Source of the DNA: Squalus acanthias | Lineage: Eukaryota | Reading direction: 5' to 3' | Length of the DNA: 64,000 nucleotides | NCBI GenBank assembly: GCA_030390025.1 | Contig: CM059431.1 | Coordinates: 147,252,001 to 147,316,000 of the forward strand | Shown here: piece after piece, positions 1 to 13,655 of the stretch | Layout: each line of letters begins with the position of its first letter | Numbering within the stretch: position 1 is the stretch's first letter | Notes under the pieces: model-generated | Seen by the model: the letters and a program-made list of their open reading frames with translations, nothing else | Databases searched by the model: none | Told to the model about the DNA's origin: nothing | Program-made: the position numbers and the translations under genes

Positions 1-2520
1 TGGGAGTGAGATTTAAAGAGTGAGACTATGGGAGTGAGATTTACTGAATGTGTGAATGGGAGTGAGAATTAGAGATTGTGGGAATGGTAGTTAGATTTAC
101 AGAATTAGGGAATGGTAGTGAGAATTACGGATTGAGGGAATGGGAGTGAGAAATACAGAGTGAGGGAGTGCTATTGAGTTTTACTGAGTCAGGGAATGGG
201 AGTGAGATTTAAAGAGTGAGGGAATAGGAGTGAGATTTACAGAGTGAGGGAGTGGGAGTGAGATTTAGAGAGTGATGGAATGGGAGTGAGATTTAAAGAG
301 TGAGGGAGTGGGAGTGAGATTTACAGAGTGAGGGCATGGGAGTGAGAATTAGAGTTTGAGGGAATAGGAGTGAGATTTACAGAGTGGGAGTATAACAGTG
401 AGGTTTACAGAGTGAGGGAGTGGGAGTGAGATTTACAGATTGAGGGAATGGGAGTGAGAATTAGAGATTGAGGGAATGGGAGTTAGATTTACAGAATTAG
501 GGAATGGGAGTGAGAATTACGGATTGAGGGAATGGGAGTGAGAAATACAGAGTGAGGGAGTGCTATTGAGTTTTACTGAGTCAGGGAATGGGAGTGAGAT
601 TTAAAGAGTGAGGGAATAGGAGTGAGATTTACAGAGTGAGGGAGTGGGAGTGAGATTTAGAGAGTGATGGAATGGGAGTGAGATTTAAAGAGTGAGGGAG
701 TGGGAGTGAGATTTACAGAGTGAGGGCATGGGAGTGAGAATTAGAGTTTGAGGGAATAGGAGTGAGATTTACAGAGTGGGAGTATAACAGTGAGGTTTAC
801 AGAGTGAGGGAGTGGGAGTGAGATTTACAGATTGAGGGAATGGGAGTGAGAATTAGAGATTGAGGGAATGGGAGTTAGATTTACAGAATTAGGGAATGGG
901 AGTGAGAATTAGAGATTGAGGGAAAGGGAGTGAGTGTTGCAGATTGACGGCAAGGGAGTGNNNNNNNNNNNNNNNNNNNNNNNNNNNNNNNNNNNNNNNN
1001 NNNNNNNNNNNNNNNNNNNNNNNNNNNNNNNNNNNNNNNNNNNNNNNNNNNNNNNNNNNNNNNNNNNNNNNNNNNNNNNNNNNNNNNNNNNNNNNNNNNN
1101 NNNNNNNNNNNNNNNNNNNNNNNNNNNNNNNNNNNNNNNNNNNNNNNNNNNNNNNNNNNNNNNNNNNNNNNNNNNNNNNNNNNNNNNNNNNNNNNNNNNN
1201 NNNNNNNNNNNNNNNNNNNNNNNNNNNNNNNNNNNNNNNNNNNNNNNNNNNNNNNNNNNNNNNNNNNNNNNNNNNNNNNNNNNNNNNNNNNNNNNNNNNN
1301 NNNNNNNNNNNNNNNNNNNNNNNNNNNNNNNNNNNNNNNNNNNNNNNNNNNNNNNNNNNNNNNNNNNNNNNNNNNNNNNNNNNNNNNNNNNNNNNNNNNN
1401 NNNNNNNNNNNNNNNNNNNNNNNNNNNNNNNNNNNNNNNNNNNNNNNNNNNNNNNNNNNNGGTCCCTGGCGCTGTGAGGCACCAGTGCTAACCACTATGC
1501 CACCGTGTTGCCCAGATTGAGGGAATGGGAGTCAGATTTACAGAGTGAGGGGATGGGAGTGAGAATTGCAGATGGAGGGAAAGGGAGTGAGATTTACAGA
1601 GTGATGGAATGGGAGTGAGATTTACAGAGTGAGGGAATTGGGGTGAGGTTTACATAGTGAGGGAGTGAGAGTGAGATTTACAGAGTGAGGGAATGGGAGT
1701 GAGATTTACAGACTGAGGGAATGGGTGTGAAGTTCACAGCGTAAGGCAATGGGTGTGAAATTTACTGAGTGAGGGAATGGGAGTGCGGTTTACAGAGTAA
1801 GAGAATGGGTGTGAGATTTACAGAGTTGAGGGCATTGGAGTGAGAATTAGAGATTGAGGGAATGGGAGTTAGATTTACAGAATTAGGGAATGGGAGTGAG
1901 AATTAGACATTGAGGGAATGGGAGTTAGATTTACAGAGTGAGGGGATGGGAGTGAGGTTTATAGAGTAAGAGAATGGGTGTGAGAATAATAGAGTGAGGG
2001 AATGGGAGTGAGAATTAGAGATTGAGGGAATGGGAGTGAATGTTGCAGATTGAGGGAAAGGGAGTGAGATTTACAGATTGAGGGAATGTGAGTGAGATTT
2101 ACAGATTGAGGGAATGGGAGTGAGATTTACAGAGTAAGAGCATGGGAGTGAGAATTAAGGATTGAGGGAATGGGAGTGAGATTTACAGAGTAAGGGCATG
2201 GGAGTGACAATTACGGATTGAGGGGATGGGAGTGACAATTACAGAGTGAGGGAATGGGAGTGAGAATTACAGATTGAGGGAATGGGAGTGAGTTTTACAG
2301 AGTGAGAGAATGGGAGTGAGATTTACAGATTGAGGGAATGGGAGTGGGATTTACAGAGTGAGGGAATGGGAGTGATATTTGCTGAGTGATAGAACGGGAG
2401 TGAGATTTTGAGAGTGAATGAATGCGATTGCGAGTGAGACTCACCGCGTGAGAGTCTATGTCTGGCATCGATAGAGTGAGGGAATGTGGGTAGGAATGAG
2501 ATTTACAGAGTGGGAGAATG
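1..2520. repeat. Degenerate 28-bp satellite (GGGAGTGAGATTTACAGAGTGAGGGAAT)n spanning a 500-N assembly gap
   Basis: The unit repeats on both sides of the N run at 961-1460. The variant block AGAATTACGGATTGAGG recurs at 121 and 513, a 392-bp (14-unit) higher-order period. Confidence 0.9.
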
Positions 2521-3157
2521 GGAATTACCTTTAAAGATGTGGGGGCTTGAAGGGTAACCTTTGTGCAAGAAGGGATAGAGAGGCAAACTAGACAACGATG
2601 GATCAGTTCATCCATGTTCTCATTGACCGAATTTCAATGCTTTAGATAAAAATTATAATTTCATGCGACGCTGTACACTGGGTGATATCGAATTAGACAC
2701 GCATTATACACCATGTTGGATTCTCCTTTCTGAGGAAGTCAGTGGTGGGGAAATTCGGGCGGCCTGAATAATGAACGGACAGTTCTCCATCGCCGGTGTT
2801 ATGCCATCACACAAACTTAAAGTGAACCCTGTTTGATTTTTCTGACAATCAAAATCTCATGTATGTTATGCAGGCATTTACTTTCTCTCTTTAATTTAGC
2901 TACATTCCCCGAATCATTTTCTGGGGAACTTTAGCTTCTGGCGATAATATAAAATGTGCAATATCGAATTGGCCTTCCATTGTTTTCAATGGGAAGGAAA
3001 ATCGGGCGTGGTATAAAATAGGGGACATATTGGATATGTCCCATTTGACACCGTCGCCCAAAGTTAATATCCTCCCTCTGTGTCACTTTCACGCACACAA
3101 AACCCACAACTTTGCTGTTTGGACTGAGATACTTAGTGACCCTCTGCTGTTGACAAG

Positions 3158-3268
3158 CCTGGAGGGTATTGCCAGCCGGCTGGGACTCGGTCACTTGGCT
3201 CCAAGGAAGAAGATGACGGTGATGTTGATGGGGAACCATTCGGCCGGCAAGAGCTCGTTCATCAACTG
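3158..3268 (+). CDS. GTPase exon 1 (first visible): LEGIASRLGLGHLAPRKKMTVMLMGNHSAGKSSFINW
   Basis: Walker A GNHSAGKS; donor TG|GTGAGT at 3269. The acceptor (ACAAG) is weak and uncertain by about 1 nt. Confidence 0.85.
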
Positions 3269-4369
3269 GTGAGTACGTCATTTGATTGTTCACTCTCGCG
3301 ACCTTGGTGACGCTGGCAAGGACGCATTTATTCCCAACTCTAGTTGTCTTGAAGGCATTAAGGGCCAACGAAGAGGTGTGGGATCGAAATTACTTGTTAA
3401 TGCTGCGGATGGAATATAAATTAATTTTCACAAGGCATTTGATAAAACGCTTCAAAGAAAGCTTGTTACAAAACTCAGGAAAATGCTATGAGAAACCTAC
3501 AGCAGGATAGCTATAAATCTGTTGACAGAGAGAAAAAGAGCATGGACTCTAACCAGCGAGAATAATGCAGGGGAAAGGTTAGAATTTTACAATTTAGCTC
3601 CAAGCTCCAGCTTGCTGGCTGCCTTCGTTGTCATGAAGACGAATCACGCCATCGACGGGACTCCCGCTAAAGGCAGGCGGGGCCTACTTAACATTCAATA
3701 GTTGTGCCCAAGGGATCTTAATCTCAAAATTTGCGCAGGAGCCAAATAGCAGCGGATTAAAAAAACAAGAGGACATAGAGTACGGGAATTAGAAAGTAAA
3801 TTTGGACAGGCCTCAGACAGAAAATGTGTGCAGTTTTAGGCACCCTATATAGAACCTCATTCAGCCGCAGACAGCATGCAGCATATATTCAGCAAGATGA
3901 TGCCTTTATGGTGAAATACTTACGTTACAACTAATCATAGTATCATAGAAAGATATCACCGGAGAAATAGAAAATCACGGGACTATAGAATGGTGGAGTT
4001 GCAGAAGCAGAGAGTCAAATAAACAGAATATCATAGAATCAGTGAATCATAGAATCATAGAATCTTAGGACTTTGGAACCACTGATTCAGAGAATAATGT
4101 AACCAGAGATATAGAAAATCAGAGGCACACAGTTCAGAGAACTGAGGACTGCAGCATATTTAGAAGCAGAAATCAACGTGAATGAAAAGCAGATAATTTG
4201 CATAATTGGCGGGCAATCTGCAATGCCAGTTTGATGTCCAGGCAGCACGCTGAAAATCAATTCCATAGATACAGAGAACTGTAGTACGGTAGAATCAGTG
4301 CATTATCCAGCTGCAGCACCAAAGATTCATAGAATTATACAGCTGTAGAACAGTACAATCATAGAATAA

Positions 4370-5800
4370 GTGACTAAAAGAAACATAGGATTAAATACAG
4401 GAGTAGTTAAAGCAGCCCCACTAACCTGTTTTGTCATTCAATTGTATCATGGCTGATAACTCAATTCCCTTGACACATTTACCAAAAACAATCTCAATAT
4501 TGAAAATTTCACTATTCTCAACATTTACAATTTTGGAGAGACAGATTTCTAGATTGTTCTGGATTTCCATACAACAGCATATAGATTTTATGTATCTACC
4601 CTGGCAAATCTGCATCTACACAATGGAATGCCTTAAGCATTTCAAAAAAGCTCGATTAAATCACTCATTATAATTGCAAACTCGCCTGTTATCATTATTT
4701 AACACTTCAGTGGTGGTGGAAATGGTTGGGGGAGGTGGGGCGGGGGGGCCGGGGGTGGGGCTTCCAGATTCCCATTATTCTTCGTGGGAAGATGTGCTTC
4801 CCGATTTTGCTCGTGAATGACCTAGCTCTATATTTAAAGTTATGCTCCCTTCTTTTGGAGGACATAGTTTCTTAGCATCCATCCTACCGCATATTTTTAA
4901 CATTTTGAACGCTTCTATCAGATCTCCTTCAATGTTCTATACTCAAGGGAACACACATTTATGTTGGTGATTATGTTTTGTACCCCTCAAAGTCCAACAC
5001 ATGTTTGCTGAGGTGCGATGTCCATAACTGAACCAATACTCTAGATGGGTGCCTTGTCAAGGCTCTGCACAACTGGAGGATAACTTTCTCCGCTTTAGAC
5101 TTCCAGCCCCCTTGATATAGGGGCCAACATTCCATCACTCATTTGATTACGTTTGTTATCTGTCTATTAGCTTTCAATGATATATCTGCACGGATACCGA
5201 ATATAGCTTTGATTCTACATAGTTCGTAGTTTCTCACGATACAGAGCATCCTCCGAATTAATTTTCTGGATCTGAAGTGATGACCTCACGCTTTCCCGTA
5301 TTGAGATCATTTTGCCACAGTTGTTCCTATTCACTTCAACGGTTTCATGTCCTTTTGTAAATTCCTGCTCCCATCTACACTTACTAATGTGTCTGCCAAC
5401 TAATTGCAGACTTGTAATATACAACATACTATTCCTTCATCCAAACCACTGACAAATATGGTGAAAGGATGAGGACACAGAATAGATCCATGGGCAACAG
5501 AACTTGTCACTCAAGACAATCAGACTATTTGCAATTTATCCAAACTCTCTGTCTCCTACCTCCCAACCAAATTATAACCCATTTCGCAAGCTTGCTGCCA
5601 ATTCCACACGCTTTCATTTTTGCTAATATCTCCTGGTCAAAACCTGATCAACTACCTTCTGGAAGTCCATGCAGAGAACATCCAGGGGCGCTCCTTTCTC
5701 TAGCATGTTAGTGACCTCCTGAAAAAAATGCACTAGTTTACTCTTGCATCCATGGCTCTTAATATCCCATACAGACTAATTCAATTTTCCTGCTCGCTAG
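4370..5800 (-). mobile_element. Old, degraded CR1-like LINE fragment
   Basis: Diverged similarity to the CR1 at 6293-8625, for example GCCAACATTCCA and CACGCTTTCCCGTATTGA; no intact ORF; boundaries approximate. Confidence 0.55.
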
Positions 5801-6292
5801 CCGTACCTATTAATATTATATATTCCATGAAGTTAATATATGTCAATTGACGTTAATGGAGAAGGACACCGATTTCGGTGTAAAAGTGTCTCCCGGTTTG
5901 CTGTAACCCTGCTTCATGAAACTGGCTGAGACCAATTTCACCCGTTGATTCTGGAGGTGAGAAAAGCAGGGATCAATGTTAAAAAGTAAATCGTGCATTT
6001 ATTGTTATCACACACTATTCCGCCTGTGCCATAGTTTATGTGATACATCTGAGAGGAATACTGTTCGCTGCTCACTTCACTGTAAAGGTAAAGTGCCGTG
6101 TATGCACCGTCACTGTAAGAAAACATTGGAGGAAGAACTGAGTTCAACTGACCTGTAAATGTGCAAAGTTCTGGCAGAACGACTGAACTCATTATTCAAG
6201 TCTTCCTGAAGAGAAATGTTTGAAATAATGTTCGGATATTATTGGCACAGGGATTGTCCAAGCGAAGTGTGGTCTTCAGGTGAAGCGTCTTT

Positions 6293-8625
6293 AGAACATA
6301 AGAACATAAGAACATAAGAACATAAGAAACAGGAGCAGGAGTAGGCCAACTGGCCCCTCGAGCCTGCTCCGCCATTCAATAAGATCATGGCTGATCTGAT
6401 CCTAACCGCCAATCTACTATCACAGAACCATCTCCTGAACCTAACAGAATTGGACAGAAGAAATAGGAGCAGGATCAGGCTACACGGCCCCTGGGAATGC
6501 TATGCTACCCACAGGGCCATGACCGATCCGAACCTAGACTCATGTCCAAATTCCTGCCCGCCCCCCGTAACCCTTAATTCCCTTTACTTCTAGGAAACTG
6601 TCTATTCTGTTTTAAATTTATATAATGATTTAGCTTCTACAGCTTTTTGGGGCAGCATATTCCATGGACCTACCACCATCTGAGTGAAGTAGTTCCTTCT
6701 CATCTCAGTTTTGAAAGAGCAGCCCCTTATTCTAAGACTATGCTCCCTAGTTCTAGTTTCACCCATCATCGGGAAAATCCTCCCCGCATCCACCCGATCC
6801 AACCCATTCACAATCTTATATGTTTCAATAAGATCGCCTCTCATTCTTCTGAACTCCAATGAGTAGAGTCCCAATCTACCCAACCTCTCCTCATATGTCC
6901 ATCCCCTCATCCCCGGGATTAACCGAGTGACCCTTCTTTGTGCTGACTCGAGAGCAAGTATGTCTTTTCTTAACCAAAACTTTATGCAGTATTCCAGGTG
7001 CGGTCTCACCAATACCCTGTACAACTGAAGCAATACCTCCCTATTTTTATATTCTATCCACTTAGCAATGAAAGCCAACATTCCATTGGCCTTCTTAATC
7101 ACTTGCTGCACCTGCATTCTAACCTTTTGAGTTTCGTGCACCAGGACCCCCAGATCCCTTTGTACTTCAGTACTTTCCAGTTTCTTGCCATTTAGATAAT
7201 AACTTGCTCTACTATTTTTCCTGCCAAAGTGCATAACCTCACACTTTCCAGTATTGTATTCCATCTGACAAATCTCTGCCCACTTACTTAGCCTGTCTAT
7301 GTCCCCTTGCAGATTGTTTATGTCCTCCTCACTCAATACTTTCCCTCCCATGTTAGTATCATCTGCAAACTTTGATATGTTACACTCGGTCCCCTCCTCC
7401 AAATCGTTAATATAGATTGTAAAGAGTTGGGGACCCAGCACTGACCCCTGCGGAACACCACTAGTTACTGATTGCCAGTCTGAGAATGAACCATTTATCC
7501 CAACTCTCTGCCTTCTGTTAGATAGCCAATCCTCTATCCATGCCAGAATATTACCCCCATCTCCTGATTTTTTATCTTAAGCAATAATCTTTTGTGTGGC
7601 ACCTTGTAACAAATGCCTTTTGGAAGTCTAAATACACCACATCCACCGGTTCCCCTTTATCCACCCTGTGTGTTACTTCCTCAAAGTACTCCAACAAATT
7701 TGTCAAACATGACTTCCCTTCATAAAACCATGCTGACTTTGTCCTATTAAATTATGATTATCCAAATGTCCCGTTACTGTCTCCTTAATAATGGACTCCA
7801 AAATGTTACCTACCACAGATGTTAGTCTATACTTTCCAGCCTTCTGCCTACTGCCCTTTTTAAATAAGGGTGTTACATTAGCAGTTTTCCAGTCTGCCGG
7901 GATCTTTGCTGAGTCCAGAGAGTTTTGGAAAATGATTACCAATGCATCCACAATCCCTACCGCCACTTCCCTCAAGACCCTAGGATGTAAGCCATCAGGT
8001 CCATGTGATTTGTCCGCCTTGAGTCCCATTATTTTACCGAGTACCACTTCCTTAGTGATTTTGATCCTGTTTAGCTCCTCCCCCCCCCCCTATAGCCCCC
8101 TGTTTGTCCAGGGTTGGGATATTCTTAGTGTCCTCTACTGTAAAGACTGATACAAAATATTCATTCAGTGTATTTGCCATCTCCATATTTCTCACCATTA
8201 ATTTCCCGGTCTCATCCTCCAAGGGACCAACGTTTACTTTAGCCACCCTTTTTCTCTTTATATAACTATAAAAACTCTTACTATCTGTTTTTATATTTTT
8301 TGCTAATTTACTTTCATAATCTATCTTCCCTTTCTTAATCAATCTTTTTGTTATTTTTTGCTGTCTTTTAAAGTTTTCCCAATCCTCTATCCTCCCACTA
8401 GTTTTGGCTACCTTATAAACCATTGTTTTTAGTCGAATATTATCCTTAATTTCTTTACTTAGCCACGGATGACTGTCTTTTCTTTTACACCCTTTTCTTC
8501 TCAGTGGAATATATATTTTTTGGAAGTTGTAAAATAACTCCTTAAATGTACACCACTGATCATGTATCGTCTTACTCTTAAATCTATTTTCCCAATCCAC
8601 TCTACTCAATTCTGCTCGCATGCCT
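6293..8625 (-). mobile_element. 5'-truncated CR1 LINE (ORF2 RT region plus 3' UTR)
   Basis: ORF pieces with LGPQLFTIYINDL, KFADD, LVRPHLEYC and QHGFMKG; (AGAACATA)n microsatellite tail at 6293-6325; possible TSD CTTTAGA at 6289-6295 and 8624-8630. Confidence 0.92.
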
Positions 8626-9192
8626 TTAGAGGCTGGGGAATAATTGGAGCAGGGTGCACACATTCACTTCACTTCTCATTTTAGAATTCTGTCCTCATTT
8701 TTATATAATACTTTGATTATTTGAAATAAAACTGCAAAGCCAACGGTAATTTGGGAAGCAGAGTTGGGTGGAACGTACGGGGTTCCTCCAGAGTACATCC
8801 AGATCATGTAGGAAACCACGACTTTGTTACATTGTAGGAGGAAATTATAATTTGAAATTCTGACTAAATGCGACAACAAGAGTTACGGTTTTCCAGCCAG
8901 GAAGTGTACACAGATGATAGAAATTCCACATATTACAGATAGAGATAAAGAAAGATAATGGGGGCTTAAAACTGTGTTGTGGGATTATAGCTACAAATGC
9001 TTTCAGTCTACCTCTGTATTTCACCTCCTTAATATATTAGCTGAAGATTTTTCTACCCCTTTACATTGCTGTCGGTCTCTTGAACCTTCTGCTCAGATGC
9101 CTGGTTGTTCGCCGGCTTTCTTCTGAAAGATTCTGAGCGAACCGAGTTAGACAAACCTCAATATTTGTACCTCTAATCATTGTGTCTTGTAG

Positions 9193-9286
9193 GTATGTTG
9201 AAGAACATATACAGCAAACGGGAGTTGCAAGAGAAACACAAGGATTTACCTTAGTCACCAGTGGCAGGAAAAGGGAATCGCTCACA
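9193..9286 (+). CDS. GTPase exon 2: YVEEHIQQTGVARETQGFTLVTSGRKRESLT
   Basis: TTGTAG| acceptor and |GTGAGT donor; phase 2 to 0 completes the W codon from exon 1. Confidence 0.9.
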
Positions 9287-9758
9287 GTGAGTAATCTCAT
9301 GAATCATCACCGAGCCCTGGCTCATTCTGTGTCTCTGATTGACTGTCTGGGAAGGAACATCAATAAACACTAAACTGGAGGATGCCGTCTTCTGAGCCTA
9401 AGTGTGAGGGATCTGATCTCCCTCCTACCCGACCCGAAGCCCTGGAAATACCATTAATAGAGTGTGTAAACCCGGTTATTGTGCCCTATCCTCCGTCCCA
9501 AGCATGATTTTGACAGCACAGCTGTATGTATAGGAACCATGGGCAATTTCTACCTTTCTAGCCCAAAGGGTTGTGGTTATTCTGCTTTGAGATGAGGAAA
9601 CGCAGCACGGACCAGTGAGAGAGCTGGGGGAGTTACTTGTATGTCTTGGAACTACACAGGGAAATATTCAACTAAAAGCAGCTCCAAAAAGGAACATTTT
9701 AAACAAATTACGAGGACTGAGCATTTATTTCCTCTAATGTTTGTTTTTATTTTCACAG

Positions 9759-9813
9759 GGCAAGGCTACACTCCACCTATACCCGCAATTTCAAGTTCTG
9801 GAACAGATCGAAG
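9759..9813 (+). CDS. GTPase exon 3: GKATLHLYPQFQVLEQIEG
   Basis: TTTCACAG| acceptor and |GTAAAT donor; 55 nt, phase 0 to 1. Confidence 0.85.
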
Positions 9814-10939
9814 GTAAATTCACAGCGACTGTCAGTATTCCAGACAACAGGAGGGGAACGCTCACTTTCTCTCTCCCCTCAATCCAGTGAAGTTTCCACT
9901 GTTGAACTGTGAGCCTTTCACAGGCAGGATGTCCGACAGATTAATCGACGGTGCCTAAATATTGAAATTAGGGCCCGCAGGTTTAAGCAATGTAGCCTTG
10001 GAAAATGAGCACGTGCTCTATTGGAGGTGAAGCATCGAATGCAAGCAGGGAAGATGATAGACATTTTGTGTGAGTGACTCGTGCTTGAAGTTGTAGGTTG
10101 ATGGACAGGTGATTGAACTGTGCTCACCGGAAAAAGTTTGGTCTTTTGCGAGCCAGAAAGAGACAAGAGAGGAAACAACAGAGATAGAGAGAGAGACAGA
10201 GAGAGGATGAGAGATAGAGACAGAGAGAAGAGAGAGAGAGAGAGAATGAAAGACGGAGATAGATAGAGAGATATGGATGGATTGAGAGAAGTTTCTCTCC
10301 ATTAGAACAAAGACAGTTAGCGGTTAAGAATTCTGCGGGATTGTTGCAAGGAGAATGGAGAAGAACTATTCCCACAGGTGGGTGAATCTATAACTTATAA
10401 GCTTTCGATTATAACCAGAAGAGGGGAGAAGTTAGGAGATGTTTTAAGCAGGTGGTTGTTAGGATATGGAGTGATCTATCAGAAATAGTTGGGTGCACAG
10501 ATTCAGCATAGTTTTTAAAAGTGAAGGGAATACATATTTCGCAAAGGAAAACATGGGAATGGGGAAAGGGTGGGAAAATGGGTCTAAGGGGTTTGCTCTT
10601 TCAGAGAGCAAGCGCAGCCACAATGAGCCAAATGGCCACCTCCTGCACTGTAAAATTCCGCGATGCGGTTTGCTTATTGTCCTGATCCATCTATTTCCAA
10701 TCTATATGGGATGATTTACCCTTTATTACAGTAGCTTTTATGTGGCAAGTAATACAAAGGCCGGGAATGCTGGGAGCACGCATCAAAGAGCTGGGTTTGA
10801 ATGAAAGGGTTTATCGTGTCATCCGGAACTCCATGGCAGCATCATCACCTCTGAGTCAGAAGACAGTGGGTTAAAGGACTCCAGGTCTCGAGCACATAGG
10901 TTGCCTGATATTTCAGTGCAGAAATGAGGGAGTGCTGAA

Positions 10940-11290
10940 TGGGAGATGAACACAGGGTATCGACACTAAATGGGGAACAAACAGAGTATTAGAAACTAAG
11001 TGGTGAATGAACAGGGGATATATAAACTAAATGGGAAATCAACTGTAGAATAGGAACTAAATGGAGAATAATCAGGGTAATAGAAACTAAATGGGAAATA
11101 ACAAGGGAATAGACACTAAATTGAAAAATGCACGTGGAATACTCACGGAGAATGTAAAATCACTGGGTCATATACAGCGGGATAGAAATAAAATGTGTCA
11201 TAAACGGCGGAATGCAGACTAACTGGGAAAGAACAGGTGTAATAGAATCTAAATGGGAAATATAGAGGAGAATAGGGGACTAAACAGGAG
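10940..11290. repeat. Degenerate ~35-bp tandem repeat (…ACTAAATGGGAAATAAACAGGG…), interrupted by an L2 fragment
   Basis: ACTAAATGG recurs about every 35 bp and resumes at about 11740. Confidence 0.6.
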
Positions 11291-11294
11291 CGTG

Positions 11295-11730
11295 TTCAGG
11301 CACATTTTGATACCGAGACAACATTTAGGATATTCGGACAGATGACCAAAAGCTTTATTCAAGAGATAGATTTTAAGGAGCGGCTTAAAGGAGGAGATAG
11401 AAGTAGAGAGGCGGAGATGTTTACAAAGGGAATTGCAGAGCTTCGGGCCCAGGCAGCTGAGGCACGGCCGCCAATAGTGGAGCTTTGAATAGCGCAGATG
11501 TGCAACAGGCCAGAATTAATGGAGCTCAGAGATCTCGGAGGGCTGTAGGGCTGGAGTAGGTTACAGAGATAGGGAGGGTCGAGGCCAAGAGGGATTTATT
11601 GAACACATGGATGTTAATTTTAAAATCGAGGCATTTGCAGACAGGGCGGCAAAGTCGGTCAGTAAGAACAGGGTTGATGGGTGAACGGGACTTGGTGCCA
11701 GTTAAGATACGAGGAGCAGAGTTTTAGGTG
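11295..11730 (-). mobile_element. L2-like LINE 3' fragment
   Basis: Same sequence as 50910-51630 and the reverse complement of 60700-61010 (GGCACGGCCGCCAATAGTGGAGC, GGTTACAGAGATAGGGAGG). Confidence 0.7.
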
Positions 11731-12292
11731 AGGGGGAATATGAACTAAATGGGGAATAAACAAGTGAAATACCAACGCATAGAATGAAACATACAACAAT
11801 TTGCGAAGCAGAGAAGTAGAGGTCGGTGAAGTATACGTTCTTTTGTGCATAAAGGTTGATGAGCTGAAAGATAAAAAACTGAGGTACCACAGCACCGCCA
11901 CTGACAGGATGGTGGAATTACAGCATAATGTTCCCATTCAGTTTCTATTATAAAATGGACACAGAAATTTATAATTTGTAAAATGTTGATGGAAATGTGT
12001 GACAAAAACATGACTTTTGGAAAAGTTGCAGACAGGAATTGTACACAGACATAAGACATTTTTAGATATATTTATGATATAGCCAACTCTTCAATTCCAT
12101 TGCGGGATATTGCCATTAAATCTATTTTGGAATTTAAATTAATTTACTATCAATGGAGGTTGATGAATAAAGAAAGCCTTTCGCGACTTACAAACACACC
12201 AACATGAACTGGAAAGTGCTATTCCCGCAGCTGAACCTGGAATTCTGGAACAACTTCTGCTCCTGCTCACTGCTCGTTCTGTGCTCCCACAG

Positions 12293-12432
12293 GATTGGCA
12301 GACTACCTGGCCACCGACATCAGCACCTCCAAACAGCAGCAGTTTAACCTGGTGACCTTTATCGATACCCAAGGGCTTCTGGATGGAGACATGACCTATG
12401 AGCTGATGTTGATAAAGTGCTTATCTGGCTGG
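12293..12432 (+). CDS. GTPase exon 4 with frameshift: GLADYLATDISTSKQQQFNLVTFIDTQGLLDGDMTY/xDVDKVLIWLG
   Basis: CCCACAG| acceptor and |GTAAGA donor. It is 140 nt but must be a multiple of 3 (phase 1 to 1). Contains the G3 motif DTQG. Confidence 0.85.
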
Positions 12433-13485
12433 GTAAGAGATCAACCCGCACCGTGAGATACACGCCAGTGCTCGATCATTTGGAAGTTGCTGTCAACACA
12501 TTTCAATATCAAAATCTGGCAGATTTCTATAATTTGGTTTTATATTCATTCTCGGGATGTCAGCGTCACTGGCAACCTTGGCATTGATCGCCTATCCTTA
12601 GTTCTCCTGAAAATGTGGTGGGGGAATTTCTTCTTGAATTGGTGGTATATTTTCTGTGATGTAACTAAGCCGCTCCAAGTTTACTTCAGAGGCGAGTTGT
12701 CAAACCTACTGCTGAGGGACTGGAGTCACGTGTATGCCAGATCGGGTAAGTATGACAGTTTGACTACCCTAAACGGCTTTAATAAACCAGTTAGGTGTTT
12801 ATGACAATCCGCCAGCCTTATACTCAAGTTTACAAGTATCAGCGTTTTCTTTCCAGATTGTTTAAAAAAAGGAATCAAATTCTTATTTTCTGTGGTAGGA
12901 TTTGAATGCATGTTTTGCTCGATTTCTAGTCCAGCATGTTAAACACTACACTGCCGTACCTAACCCAATGTATGCGGGAAATCGGATGACTAAGGAAACA
13001 TGGAGAGCCCCGAGGGATACCTGGGAGACTGAACACCAATGAGCAAGGAAGGTTCTTGTTATAAGTTATTTCGTTGTATCTTTGTTCAGAAATGAACCTA
13101 CGTCCAGCCTTCCCCGTAAAGAGTTAATAATTAAAGGGAAACAGGAAGAACTTTGTTCAGGAACAGTATTAACCAGAATGACAGAAGGTTCCATTTGTAC
13201 AGCGGCTTTGGACAGAAAATGTCGAATGGCGCTTCACCGAGGTTAGAGAAAAATAAATCAAGTGATAAAGGAAAAGACAAGAATGGATAACAGTTATAGG
13301 GTTCAGAAACCGAATAAAGACTTCTATTTAAATATTAGATTAAATAAGCTGTTTAAAGTTGGATCGCCAAGTGAGAAGTTTAATGGGAGAGTTTGAGTGA
13401 GTGATAAGGAATTTGATAATAGGATTGGGGTAAAACTGCAGAGCAAACTGTGGGCGAGGATGAGGATTTTACACTCTTTGGCCTC

Positions 13486-13655
13486 GAAATTCGGCTCTGG
13501 CGGTGGCGAAAAACGAGCGGTATCGGATCGGCCGCCCATTGTTCGCCGTGCCTGATATTCAGTTCTATTGCAGTCAACTGAATATCAGGCGCTGCGTAAA
13601 ACGGGCGGCCGATCCGATACCGCTCGCTTTGCGCCACCGCCCGAGAGAAATTCCT
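13486..13655. mobile_element. Palindromic MITE-like element
   Basis: Nested inverted arms CGAGCGGTATCGGATCGGCCGCCC / GGGCGGCCGATCCGATACCGCTCG and GCCTGATATTCAGTT / AACTGAATATCAGGC. Confidence 0.75.

Noticed and set aside
881..1495. ORFs of 177-204 aa
   Set aside because: They are artefacts of the 500-N gap.
1..2520. Telomeric repeat
   Set aside because: It is G-rich but has a 28-bp unit, not (TTAGGG)n.
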